Shown piece by piece: positions 37,391 to 45,859 of a DNA stretch of 64,000 bases. Numbering within the stretch: the first letter of the stretch is position 1; the number at the start of each line of letters is the position of its first letter. The stretch is from positions 256,001 to 320,000 of the forward strand of contig CAWFQK010000001.1 of assembly GCA_963817955.1 (NCBI GenBank), read 5' to 3'. Below the pieces are notes generated by a model, which searched no databases, was not told where the DNA came from, and saw only the letters and a list, made by a program, of their open reading frames with translations. A program made the translations under genes and the position numbers. The DNA is from an uncultured Gemmatimonadaceae bacterium (GTDB lineage: Bacteria > Gemmatimonadota > Gemmatimonadetes > Gemmatimonadales > Gemmatimonadaceae).

Positions 37391-37793
37391 CTACTTCTTC
37401 CCGGCGGTCACCGAAAAACTGCTGCGAATCTTCGCCAGCTCGTTGCGCTGCTCGGGATTCGTTTCCATGATGTCGCCGAGGAGCGTCGCCATCATCTCGT
37501 CGTCGATCACGACGGGCTCGGGCGAGAAGCGCTTGCCGCCGCCCATATGGCGGCCTGGATCGAGCCGGAGCTCGTGCTTCAGCACGACGTCGTCGGTGCC
37601 AAGCCTGTACGCGCACGGCCGCGAACTTCTTGCCGGCCTTCTCCATGTAATGCACGCGCACGCCATCCACGTCCGCAGGTACGACGGGCAGCGAATGTAC
37701 CGATCCATCGGTGCCCTCGAACACCGTAGCACCTGGCGAGAGTTTCGGGAAATTCCGTTCGAAACCGCCATGGTACACCAAGCAATGATGCAT
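37391..37793 (-). pseudogene. Hypothetical protein split by a 1-nt insertion near 37604 (pseudogene or sequencing error)
   Basis: MHHCLVY...FAAVRVQ in one frame continues as LGTDDVVLKHEL...TAGKK in another. Removing one G gives a 133-aa ORF with GAGG RBS. Confidence 0.7.
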
Positions 37794-37895
37794 CGTCACC
37801 TCGGGTGGGGCGTGGGACTGCGGTGGGCGGCAAAAGGTAAGGTCCCTGCCGCGCAGGCGCTATCCTGGCCGGTGGCCGAGAACTGACAGATGACC

Positions 37896-37931
37896 AAAAA
37901 AAAGGCCCCCGCCGGTCGGAACGGGGACCTT
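37896..37931 (-). terminator. Strong intrinsic terminator
   Basis: AAGGTCCCCG...CGGGGGCCTT followed by a T8 run. Confidence 0.88.
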
Positions 37932-38076
37932 CAAACAACTCTGCTACACAGGGGAAGACGAACAGGAGTCAGACGCCACGCATGATTTCCCACCCACCCC
38001 TCATGACGGGAACACCCAAGCTCCTGCCGTCTAGACCGATACCACCGAGAACTTTTGGGGGGCACCCGGTGGCACG
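37896..38076 (-). ncRNA. Candidate ~180-nt structured non-coding RNA or attenuator (family not recognised)
   Basis: No credible CDS. Two hand-folded hairpins plus a terminator, with a -10-like hexamer and tandem repeat upstream. Confidence 0.5.
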
Positions 38077-38109
38077 TGAGAAACTATGGTCTGGTGGCGT
38101 TTCAGTGGG

Positions 38110-38129
38110 TAAAGATCCCACAAAGATCA
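38110..38129 (-). promoter_or_regulatory. Tandem direct repeat, candidate OmpR/KdpE-family binding site
   Basis: GATCTTT-gtgg-GATCTTT with 11-bp period, right after the kinase stop codon. Confidence 0.55.
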
Positions 38130-38139
38130 AACCACGCGA

Positions 38140-39693
38140 CTACACCGTTTGCTCGAATGCTTCGGGCCGCAACTCCGTCGCTGGCAATCGCAAAGCAAAG
38201 ATGCTCCCGCCGCCTGGACGCGGCTCGTACTCCACCGTTCCGCCCTGGATCTCGGCGAGCGTCTTCGCGATGGATAATCCCAGCCCGGCGCGTCCGGCAT
38301 CCGGCGCCATTCCGCGCGCGCGATAGAACGGTTCGAAGATGCGCGGAACGTCCCGCTCATCCACCCCCGAACCGCTGTCGGCGACGGTGAACACCAGCTG
38401 ATCACCGTCGCGCCGCGCGCCGAGCTCGATGGGCTGGCTCGGCCCTGAATAGCGAACCGCGTTCTCCAGCAGATTGCAGAGCACGCGCAGTGACTGAGAA
38501 AAATCAAAACGTCCTACGAGCGCGGGGCTGTCGAGGTCGATGACCGTGCGCAGCAGGCGGTCGCCAAACAGGCCGCGCGTCTGCCGCACGGCCGCGCCGA
38601 TGAGATCCTCCGCCGTATTCAACTCCGGCGTCGCCGAAAAGCCCCCGCCTTTGAGGCGCGACAGATCGAGCAGATCGTTCACCAGCCGCGTGAGCCGGTC
38701 CGCCTGTTCGTCGATGGCCGCCGCGGCCTCGTTGCCCTGCAGGGCCTCACTCTCCGCCAAAGCCTTGATCGTGGTCAGCGGCGTACGCAGATCGTGCGAC
38801 ACCGACGCAAGCACGATATCCTTGAGCCGATCAGCCTCTCGCAGGGCTTCGGCGTGTGCCGCTTCCGCCACCAATCGGACACGATCGACGGCGAGGGCCG
38901 CGTAGTAGGTGATGGCGTCGACAAAGCGCCGCTGAGCGGCATCGAGCCGTATCGGAGCACGATTCGCCAGCCGCATGACCCCCACCACTCGACCTTGCAC
39001 GGTGAGCGGCATGAGAATTGTCTGAATTCCCTCGGCAGGGGTGTTCGGCGCCGCACGAGGTTCGTCCCGGGCCAACCGAAAGACCTCGCCGCCTGGCTGG
39101 ACCCAGGTGGGCCCGGTATGGTCGATGGCCACCTGGAGCGCCGCGGTCTCGGTCGGCCCGAGGGGGCCCCCGCCAGCTCGCTGCGGTCGGAATCCGTGCT
39201 CCGCGTCCCAGGCGACGATCGCGCACTCGTCCACACGAAGTGTCGCCTGAATCACGTCCGCAATGCTCGCCAGCGCGTCTTCCGCGCGCCCGGCGCTCAG
39301 GGTCTCCGAGCCAAGCCGAGCGAGCGACGATACCTCGATTGTGCGCCGCTCCGCCGCTTCTGCTTCTGCCTGCGCCCGCGCGAGGAGATGCGTCGCGACG
39401 AGTGCCGTGAGGAGAAACGACGCCAGCGTGATGAAATCGAGCGGTTTGCCGTCACCGATCGCGTAGTACGGCGGCTGAAAGTAGTAATCAATGAGGAGTA
39501 CGCCGGCGCAGGCCAGCGGCATCGCCAACATTCGTCCGCCCGACGTGCTCGCGCCGAGTACGAGCAGCAGGTATACGAGAACGACGTGCACCTGGTCGAT
39601 CTCGCCGCGCACCTGTACCATCGTTACGGTGCACAGGATCATCAACGTAATCCACGCCACCCAGACCAGGATGTCGCGGCGGCGGAGCGACAT
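38140..39693 (-). CDS. KdpD-like sensor kinase, short form (DUF4118 4-TM, GAF, HisKA, HATPase)
   Basis: LVYLLLV, DYYFQPPY, SVSHDLRTPL, NLLENAVRY, GLGLSI. No N-terminal KdpD or Usp domain. Confidence 0.88.
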   Translation of the reverse strand: MSLRRRDILVWVAWITLMILCTVTMVQVRGEIDQVHVVLVYLLLVLGASTSGGRMLAMPLACAGVLLIDYYFQPPYYAIGDGKPLDFITLASFLLTALVATHLLARAQAEAEAAERRTIEVSSLARLGSETLSAGRAEDALASIADVIQATLRVDECAIVAWDAEHGFRPQRAGGGPLGPTETAALQVAIDHTGPTWVQPGGEVFRLARDEPRAAPNTPAEGIQTILMPLTVQGRVVGVMRLANRAPIRLDAAQRRFVDAITYYAALAVDRVRLVAEAAHAEALREADRLKDIVLASVSHDLRTPLTTIKALAESEALQGNEAAAAIDEQADRLTRLVNDLLDLSRLKGGGFSATPELNTAEDLIGAAVRQTRGLFGDRLLRTVIDLDSPALVGRFDFSQSLRVLCNLLENAVRYSGPSQPIELGARRDGDQLVFTVADSGSGVDERDVPRIFEPFYRARGMAPDAGRAGLGLSIAKTLAEIQGGTVEYEPRPGGGSIFALRLPATELRPEAFEQTV

Positions 39694-39695
39694 GG

Positions 39696-40439
39696 TCAGC
39701 GCGGCAACTCGGCGCGATAACCGACGCCCGGTTCAGTGATGATGAGTTGCGGCGCGGCGGGATCGACCTCGATCTTCCGGCGCAGATTGGTGATATGCAC
39801 GCGCAAGTATTGTTGCGGACTGCCGAATTCCCGACCCCACACGGCATCGAAGATTTGCTGGTGCGTGAGCGTACGACCCGCGGCCGCGAGCAGGGTGGAG
39901 AGAATCTGCCATTCGATCGGCGTCAGGTGAAACGGCGTGCCGTCGCGCGACACTTTCCGCGCGACCGTATCGATCACCAGCCCACCTACCACAACAGGGG
40001 CCGAACTCGCGGCCGCCGCGGCGACGGTCTTGGCGCGACGGATCTGCGCCTTGGCGCGCGCCGCGAGCTCGAGGACACTGAATGGCTTGGTCACGTAATC
40101 GTCGGCGCCCGCGTTGAGCAGATCGACTTTCTCGTGCTCGGAGTGGCGCGCCGACAGCACGATGATCGGCACGGCCGAGCGCTGTCGAATCTCGCGGCAG
40201 ACGTCCACGCCCGCCATGTCGGGCAGTCCAAGATCGAGCACAACGAGATCGGGGCGCCCGGTGGTTGCCGCGTCGACACCGTCACTTCCATTCGCCGCTT
40301 CATCGACGCGCACGGTCACGTTTCGCAGCGCATCACGCACCGCGCGACGAATCTGCGGTTCGTCGTCGATCACCAAGACCAGATCGGCGTCAGGCATTTC
40401 AGCGGCAACCGGTGGAGTGGGTTCGTGAAATATGACCAT
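39696..40439 (-). CDS. kdpE: KdpE-like OmpR-family response regulator
   Basis: VIDDEPQIRR, LDLGLPD, LSAR, GADDYVTKPF, YLRVHITNLRRKIE, TEPGVGYR. Start uncertain (40397, 40439 or 40460). Confidence 0.88.
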   Translation of the reverse strand: MVIFHEPTPPVAAEMPDADLVLVIDDEPQIRRAVRDALRNVTVRVDEAANGSDGVDAATTGRPDLVVLDLGLPDMAGVDVCREIRQRSAVPIIVLSARHSEHEKVDLLNAGADDYVTKPFSVLELAARAKAQIRRAKTVAAAAASSAPVVVGGLVIDTVARKVSRDGTPFHLTPIEWQILSTLLAAAGRTLTHQQIFDAVWGREFGSPQQYLRVHITNLRRKIEVDPAAPQLIITEPGVGYRAELPR

Positions 40440-40535
40440 GCTATCAAGCTCATTGGTCACAGTTGCGCCCGCATCCGCGTGTATAATTCTTAGCGCGCGC
40501 GGAGCAGCGGCACAGAATCTGTCCTGTGTGTCGGC

Positions 40536-40961
40536 ATGCGCACGCATCCTGTCCTCATCCTTACGGTCGCCACGGTCGCCGCTGCCGCGCTCGCTGCGTG
40601 CGATCAGGCGACATCGCCTACTATCGCCGGCCTCGGCGGTCAGACGGCTGCGTCAGGCACTATCGGTAACGCTGTTCCTCTGATCATATCGCCCACCGTC
40701 GTTCAGCTCGGCGTGGGGGCATCCTTTCAATTCACGACCAACGCACCTGTCGGGCAACAGGGACAGGTGCAGTGGAATTCGCTGCAGTCCACCGTTGCAA
40801 CCGTATCGCCGTCGGGACTGGTGAACGCGGTCGCAGCGGGAACCGCTGTCATCGTCGCCCGGTTTTCGTTCGACACAACGAACGTCGCCGTGGCAACAGT
40901 CATCGTGTCGGGTACGACGACGGGCGGCACAACGAGCAGCAGCACCCCAGGAGTCCCGTAA
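40536..40961 (+). CDS. Lipoprotein with bacterial Ig-like (Big_2) domain
   Basis: LAA-C lipobox, VQWNS...VATVSPSGLVNAVAAGTAVI. Confidence 0.85.
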   Translation: MRTHPVLILTVATVAAAALAACDQATSPTIAGLGGQTAASGTIGNAVPLIISPTVVQLGVGASFQFTTNAPVGQQGQVQWNSLQSTVATVSPSGLVNAVAAGTAVIVARFSFDTTNVAVATVIVSGTTTGGTTSSSTPGVP

Positions 40962-41247
40962 TGAAATCCAGACCTAGTCCCAGCTCGCGATCGCACACGC
41001 ACCAGCCGGGGCACGAAACGCCTGCCGGCGGCGGCGCGACGTCGCCAGCCCACGATCATTATCGCCGAGAAAAGGAGCGCCGATCACGCCTGCCTCCCCC
41101 CTGAACGAGGCTCTCGAGGCGGCGAAGCGCGAGTATCTGGCCCTGCTCGAGGCCGAGGCCGCCAAGGGCAAGGGCGGACGTCCCAAGAAGAACCCGGCGA
41201 AAGCCACGAACGACGAGCTCGACGCGGAGGACGCAGACGCAGAATGA
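40961..41247 (+). pseudogene. Small charged protein apparently broken by two 1-nt insertions
   Basis: Three frames join as MKSRPSP...TPAG / ARRRQPTIIIAEK / GAPITPASPLNEALEAAKREYLALLEAEAAKGKGGRPKK...DAE*, 94 aa if repaired. Confidence 0.45.
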
Positions 41248-41279
41248 CAAGTGGGGTTCATTTGTGCTTAATTGCGTGA

Positions 41280-41465
41280 GTGCGCCTCGATCGTAAACTG
41301 CTGCTCATTGCACCGACCATCGTGTTGTTCTTCGCGGCAGGCATTCTGTGACACGCCGCGCTCCAGGTCGAGCCTACACGGACGGCGGCGACCACGGCGA
41401 GCCGTGACCTCCTCGAGGTGCTGGGCGGGTTCGCCGCGCTGCTCGTTTTACATGGCGCGCAGTAA
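41280..41465 (+). pseudogene. Possible remnant of a small membrane protein with internal TGA (41349-41351)
   Basis: VRLDRKLLLIAPTIVLFFAAGIL*HAALQV...LLEVLGGFAALLVLHGAQ*. Confidence 0.3.
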
Positions 41466-41538
41466 GTGTGCCCTGCGACACACGGTAATATCCCAGTACA
41501 TTCTCGGTATGAAAGACGCCAGTCGGAGATCGGCCACG

Positions 41539-42054
41539 ATGACGATGACACAATCGGTGTTCGTCACCGCAGCACTCGCGCTGCTGGTACCGTTTGCTTC
41601 GCTCGCCGCTCAGCGGTGCCGAGGATGCGCCGCTGAAGACACCGTGCGGCGGACCCACGTTTCGCCCGCGGTGGGCCTGCATGTTGGAACGCCGGAAAAA
41701 GCGTCGCTGACACTCGGCGTCCTGCTGGGCGAAGAATGGCAGCAAGGCGGGCGCGACCATTCGCGCAATGTGGCGTTGCTAGCCGAACCCGGGTTCGGCG
41801 CCGGACGCGCTTCGGTCGCACTCTTCGACCACGGGTATGGGAACTTCGGGTCCGGGTTCGGAGTCGCCGGCACGATCCTGCGGACGTGGAAGAACCCATG
41901 GACCGTGCCGCCGAATATGACCTACGCCGGCGGCGAGTTGATTCTCTGGCCGATTCTGTTCGTGGGCCCGCGGATCGGCGTGTTCCATCGCGTTGGCGGC
42001 ACGACGATGAACTACAAGTGGCTCGTCGGTCTCGATTTCGGAATCGGCCTGTGA
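41539..42054 (+). CDS. Exported hypothetical protein, possible small outer-membrane beta-barrel
   Basis: GGAG RBS, signal ending LAAQ, Gly/aromatic alternating strands, C-terminal WLVGLDFGIGL. Confidence 0.7.
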   Translation: MTMTQSVFVTAALALLVPFASLAAQRCRGCAAEDTVRRTHVSPAVGLHVGTPEKASLTLGVLLGEEWQQGGRDHSRNVALLAEPGFGAGRASVALFDHGYGNFGSGFGVAGTILRTWKNPWTVPPNMTYAGGELILWPILFVGPRIGVFHRVGGTTMNYKWLVGLDFGIGL

Positions 42055-42061
42055 GTCACGT

Positions 42062-43237
42062 ATGACGAGCCGGCTCTACTACACCGACGCCTATCGCACG
42101 CAGTTCACCGCGAAGGTCGTGGATCGCAGCGAGGACGACAGGCGAATCTACCTCGACGAGACAGCGTTTTACCCTACCTCCGGGGGTCAACCGCACGACG
42201 CCGGCAGCCTGGGTGGCGTGGACGTCGTCGATGTCATCGACGAGGGGGAGCGAATTGCCCACGTGCTTGCCGCTCCGCTCGCTGGATCGGCATCCTTGGT
42301 CGAAGGCCACATCGATTGGGCGTGGCGCTTCGATAACATGCAACAACACACCGGACAGCACCTGCTCTCGGCGGTGTTCGAGGATCTGTACGGCGCAAAG
42401 ACACTGAGTGTGCACTTTGGGCCGGACGACTCCACGGTCGATCTCGACGCGGAGTCGTTATCGCACACGCAGCTCGTCGTAGCGGAGGCACGCGCCAACG
42501 CCGTCGTGGCCGAGGCCCGCCCGGTAACGGTCGCATTCGAAGACGCGACGGCGGCAGCGGGCCTGCGCAAGAGTTCGGATCGAGAGGGCCTGTTACGCAT
42601 CGTGTCGATCACGGATCTCGACCGCAGCGCGTGCGGCGGCACGCACGTGCGGTCGACTGCCGAGATCGGCGTCGTACTGCTTCGCTCGGTCGAAAAAGTC
42701 AGGAAGACGACGCGCGTGGAGTTCGTCTGCGGCGGTCGTGCGATCGCGCGGGCGCGCCGCGATTACGAGTCATTGACGGCCATCGCGACATCGCTGTCAG
42801 CGGCGTTCGACGACGCACCATCGCTCGTCGCGGCGCAAGCCGAGCGCATGAAAGAGGGCGATAGCGCGCGAAAGAAACTGGAGAAAGAGCTCGCGACATT
42901 CCGCGCACGCGGACGATACGACGCCGCGGTACCCGATGTGGACGGCATACGCACCCTCGTCATTCGCGACGCCATTTCGTCCGACGAGTTACGCGCCCTG
43001 GCACAGGCGGCGTTCGTTCTCCCGCGTGTGGTGGTCGTGGGAGCGCTCGACACGCCGCCGTCCGTACTTGTCGCATCATCGGAAGACTCAGGCGTAGACG
43101 CTGGCAAGCTGCTGAAGGAGAAGCTATCGGCGATTGGTGGTCGGGGGGGTGGCTCACCGCGTCTGGCGCAGGGCAGCGTACCCGATGCGGCGGCACTGGA
43201 ACTGGTCGTGACGCAGCTGCTCAACCGCTCCCACTGA
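42062..43237 (+). CDS. Alanyl-tRNA editing protein (AlaX-L, with DHHA1)
   Basis: TAFYPTSGGQPHD, QQHTGQHLL, CGGTH, C-terminal GGRGGG. Confidence 0.92.
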   Translation: MTSRLYYTDAYRTQFTAKVVDRSEDDRRIYLDETAFYPTSGGQPHDAGSLGGVDVVDVIDEGERIAHVLAAPLAGSASLVEGHIDWAWRFDNMQQHTGQHLLSAVFEDLYGAKTLSVHFGPDDSTVDLDAESLSHTQLVVAEARANAVVAEARPVTVAFEDATAAAGLRKSSDREGLLRIVSITDLDRSACGGTHVRSTAEIGVVLLRSVEKVRKTTRVEFVCGGRAIARARRDYESLTAIATSLSAAFDDAPSLVAAQAERMKEGDSARKKLEKELATFRARGRYDAAVPDVDGIRTLVIRDAISSDELRALAQAAFVLPRVVVVGALDTPPSVLVASSEDSGVDAGKLLKEKLSAIGGRGGGSPRLAQGSVPDAAALELVVTQLLNRSH

Positions 43238-44303
43238 CGATCGCCTCGTTCCAGACCGCGTCGACGGCGCGAAGCATTCGCTCGACGCCCAGTGTCGCCA
43301 GTGTTGGCTCGGGATGTTCGACACTTTCGCCGATGGTGCCGTAGAGTCCCCATCGTTCGGCCGACCCGCGCACATACATCGCGACGCACGGCGTCTGAAA
43401 AGCCGACGCGGCGTGCGCGATGCTGGTGTCGGGGGTGAAGACGAAGTCTGCCGTTGCCACGAGCGAGAACGCATCGCGAATGGTTGGTGTCGCAACGAAG
43501 GCGCCCCCGCCCTGCCGGGCAACGTACTCGCCGCGGCTCGACTCCGCCGGCGCGCTGATCACGCGAAACGCGACTCGCGCATGTTGCGCGCGGATGTGCC
43601 GCATGACGGCGACGTAATGGTCGTCTGGCCACAGGCGGGCTGACGTTCCGGCCGAGACGTTCACGAGCACGCGTGCACCCTCACGCGCGCCCCACGCCGC
43701 TTCGGCGCGCTGTCGCTCGTCACCTGTGAGCGTGACCACGGGCTGGCGTTCCGCGCGGTCGCGCTCAACGTCGAACGCCGGAACGAGCGCTGCCAGAAGG
43801 TCTACCATATGCGCGTCAGGGCGCGTCTCAGGCGGTACCGTGACGTTGAACGCGGCGTCATTGCCCCGGCCGGCAATGCCGACGCGATACCGCGCGCCGC
43901 TCGCGTAGATCAAGAGCAGCGTCGTCAACGATGGCGCGGTGACCATGCAGTCGATCACCGCGTCGTAGCGCTTGCCACGCAGCCGCAGCGCCGTCGGGAG
44001 ATATTGGCCGAGCTTCTTCTTGTCAAAGACCACCACGTCGGCCACGTAGTCCGCCGCCTCGAGGATGGCGGAGTTGGCCGGCGACGCGAGCACATCGAGC
44101 GTGATGGTCCGATGCGATCGCGCGATCGCGCGCATGACGCCGGTAGACAGGATCATGTCGCCCGCACGGTCGTGCCGTAGAAACAGGACGCGGAATGGCC
44201 GCGACGCCCACGCGGGCCGGGACCCACCGGACCGCCGCATGATCCGCACGAGAATCCGGATCCAGAGCGCGCGCCACCACAGCTCGAGACTCTTGAGACG
44301 CAT
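43221..44303 (-). CDS. Glycosyltransferase family 9 (heptosyltransferase-like)
   Basis: LRHDRAGDMIL, RYDAVID, RLWP, TPDTSIAHAASA. Confidence 0.9.
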   Translation of the reverse strand: MRLKSLELWWRALWIRILVRIMRRSGGSRPAWASRPFRVLFLRHDRAGDMILSTGVMRAIARSHRTITLDVLASPANSAILEAADYVADVVVFDKKKLGQYLPTALRLRGKRYDAVIDCMVTAPSLTTLLLIYASGARYRVGIAGRGNDAAFNVTVPPETRPDAHMVDLLAALVPAFDVERDRAERQPVVTLTGDERQRAEAAWGAREGARVLVNVSAGTSARLWPDDHYVAVMRHIRAQHARVAFRVISAPAESSRGEYVARQGGGAFVATPTIRDAFSLVATADFVFTPDTSIAHAASAFQTPCVAMYVRGSAERWGLYGTIGESVEHPEPTLATLGVERMLRAVDAVWNEAIVSGSG

Positions 44304-44419
44304 TGTAAGGAAAGTATAGCGAGTTGGCACGCGGTCATTGGCGATTGCCGCACGACGATTCATACTTCTCTCGGACGCCGCGTGCGCGTCCGTCCACCCA
44401 TCTGCACGAGGAATCGATC

Positions 44420-45859
44420 GTGAATCGCACCGTTCGACTGCGGTGGTGCGCGCTCGCGCTTGCCGCTGCCACACTGGCGCCGCTGGCGCCCGCCCTGGCT
44501 CAGGCGACCCCGAACCGCACCGCCATCCGCATCCCGTTCGAGAAGTACACGCTCGCGAACGGCCTGACCGTGGTGCTGTCGGAAGATCATGCCACGCCGA
44601 CCGTGGCGGTGGAGGTCATCTACCACGTCGGCTCGAAGAACGAGATCGTGGGCCATACCGGCTTCGCGCACATGTTCGAGCATGTGATGTTCACCGGGTC
44701 AGGTCACGTGCCGTACGGCACGCACGACAAGTTTACCGAAGGCGTGGGCGGATCGAACAACGGCCAGACCGACTTCGACTGGACCCGCTACTACGAGACG
44801 GATCCCGCGAACTACCTCGAGACAACGCTCTGGCTCGAATCGGATCGCATGGGGTTTCTCCTCGATTCCCTCGACGATGCAAAGTTCCGCGCCCAACGGG
44901 ACATCGTGAAGAACGAGCGGCGGCAGAGCTACGACAACCAGCCATACAATCGCGATCGCGAGATTCTCGGTACGTATCTGTACCCGAGCGGGCACCCGTA
45001 TTCGTGGCCAACGATCGGCAGCATGGCGGATCTCACCAACGCGACCGTGGAGGACGTGAAGAATTTCTTCCGCCTCTACTATGCGCCGAACAACGCCACG
45101 CTGGCGATCGTCGGCGATTTCAAGCCCGCGCAGGTGAAGCCGTTGATCGCCAAGTACTTCAGCGGCATCCCACGCGGCAAGCCGATCACCCGGCCAACGG
45201 TGGGGCCGTCGTCGCTCACGACTGAGAAGCGCCTCACCTTTGAGGATCGGGTGCAGGTGCCGCGGCTGACCATCCAGTGGCCGAGCGTTGGCGTGCACAG
45301 CGAGGACCAGCCCGCGCTCGATCTGTTGAGCGATATCCTCGGAGGCTCGCGCATTTCGCGGTTGACCAAGGCATTGGTGTACGATTCACAGAGCGCGGCG
45401 AACGTGTCGGTGTATCAGAACCCGGCAGAGAATGTTGGCGATTTCGACATCATCGCCACACCGCGTCCCGGACACACACTCACCGAGCTCGAGACGCAGG
45501 TGGACTCCATCCTCAGCCGCCTCAAGCGGGAGGGGCCGACCACCGATGAGCTGAAGCGCGTGAAAGCGGGCCAGGAGTTGGGTTTCCTCAGTGGGCTGCA
45601 GTCGAATCTCGGCAAGGCATTCCAGCTCGCCGAAGACCAGACGTTCTTCAACGACCCCGGGCACTTCACCCTCGAATACGCACGCACGCAGGCTGTGAGC
45701 GCCGCAGACATCAAACGCGTGGCGAACAGGTACCTGGGTTCGGCGCGCATCGTGTTGAGTGACGTACCGATCGGCAAGCCGGAACTGGCGTCCCATGCCG
45801 ACAGGAGTACCGTCGTCACGGATCCATTCACCGAAAAGACTCCGGAGAGCAAGCCATGA
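44420..45859 (+). CDS. M16 family zinc peptidase, catalytic subunit
   Basis: Signal peptide, LANGL, HMFEH (HxxEH), LESDRM, YYAPNNA. Confidence 0.93.
   Translation: MNRTVRLRWCALALAAATLAPLAPALAQATPNRTAIRIPFEKYTLANGLTVVLSEDHATPTVAVEVIYHVGSKNEIVGHTGFAHMFEHVMFTGSGHVPYGTHDKFTEGVGGSNNGQTDFDWTRYYETDPANYLETTLWLESDRMGFLLDSLDDAKFRAQRDIVKNERRQSYDNQPYNRDREILGTYLYPSGHPYSWPTIGSMADLTNATVEDVKNFFRLYYAPNNATLAIVGDFKPAQVKPLIAKYFSGIPRGKPITRPTVGPSSLTTEKRLTFEDRVQVPRLTIQWPSVGVHSEDQPALDLLSDILGGSRISRLTKALVYDSQSAANVSVYQNPAENVGDFDIIATPRPGHTLTELETQVDSILSRLKREGPTTDELKRVKAGQELGFLSGLQSNLGKAFQLAEDQTFFNDPGHFTLEYARTQAVSAADIKRVANRYLGSARIVLSDVPIGKPELASHADRSTVVTDPFTEKTPESKP

Noticed and set aside
37896..38100. c-di-AMP (ydaO) riboswitch, 6S or SRP RNA next to the kdpD-like gene
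   Set aside because: GGAACGGGGACC and TTTTGGGG on the + strand are suggestive, but the CCGTCAGCTAAC core is absent. There is no SRP GGAA domain and no single 6S-type rod.
37982..38326. 114-aa + strand ORF across the candidate RNA
   Set aside because: Overlaps the kinase antisense, has atypical composition and no recognisable motif.
44325..44345. TTGGCACG as a sigma54 promoter for the M16 genes
   Set aside because: No GC at the required 10-nt spacing.
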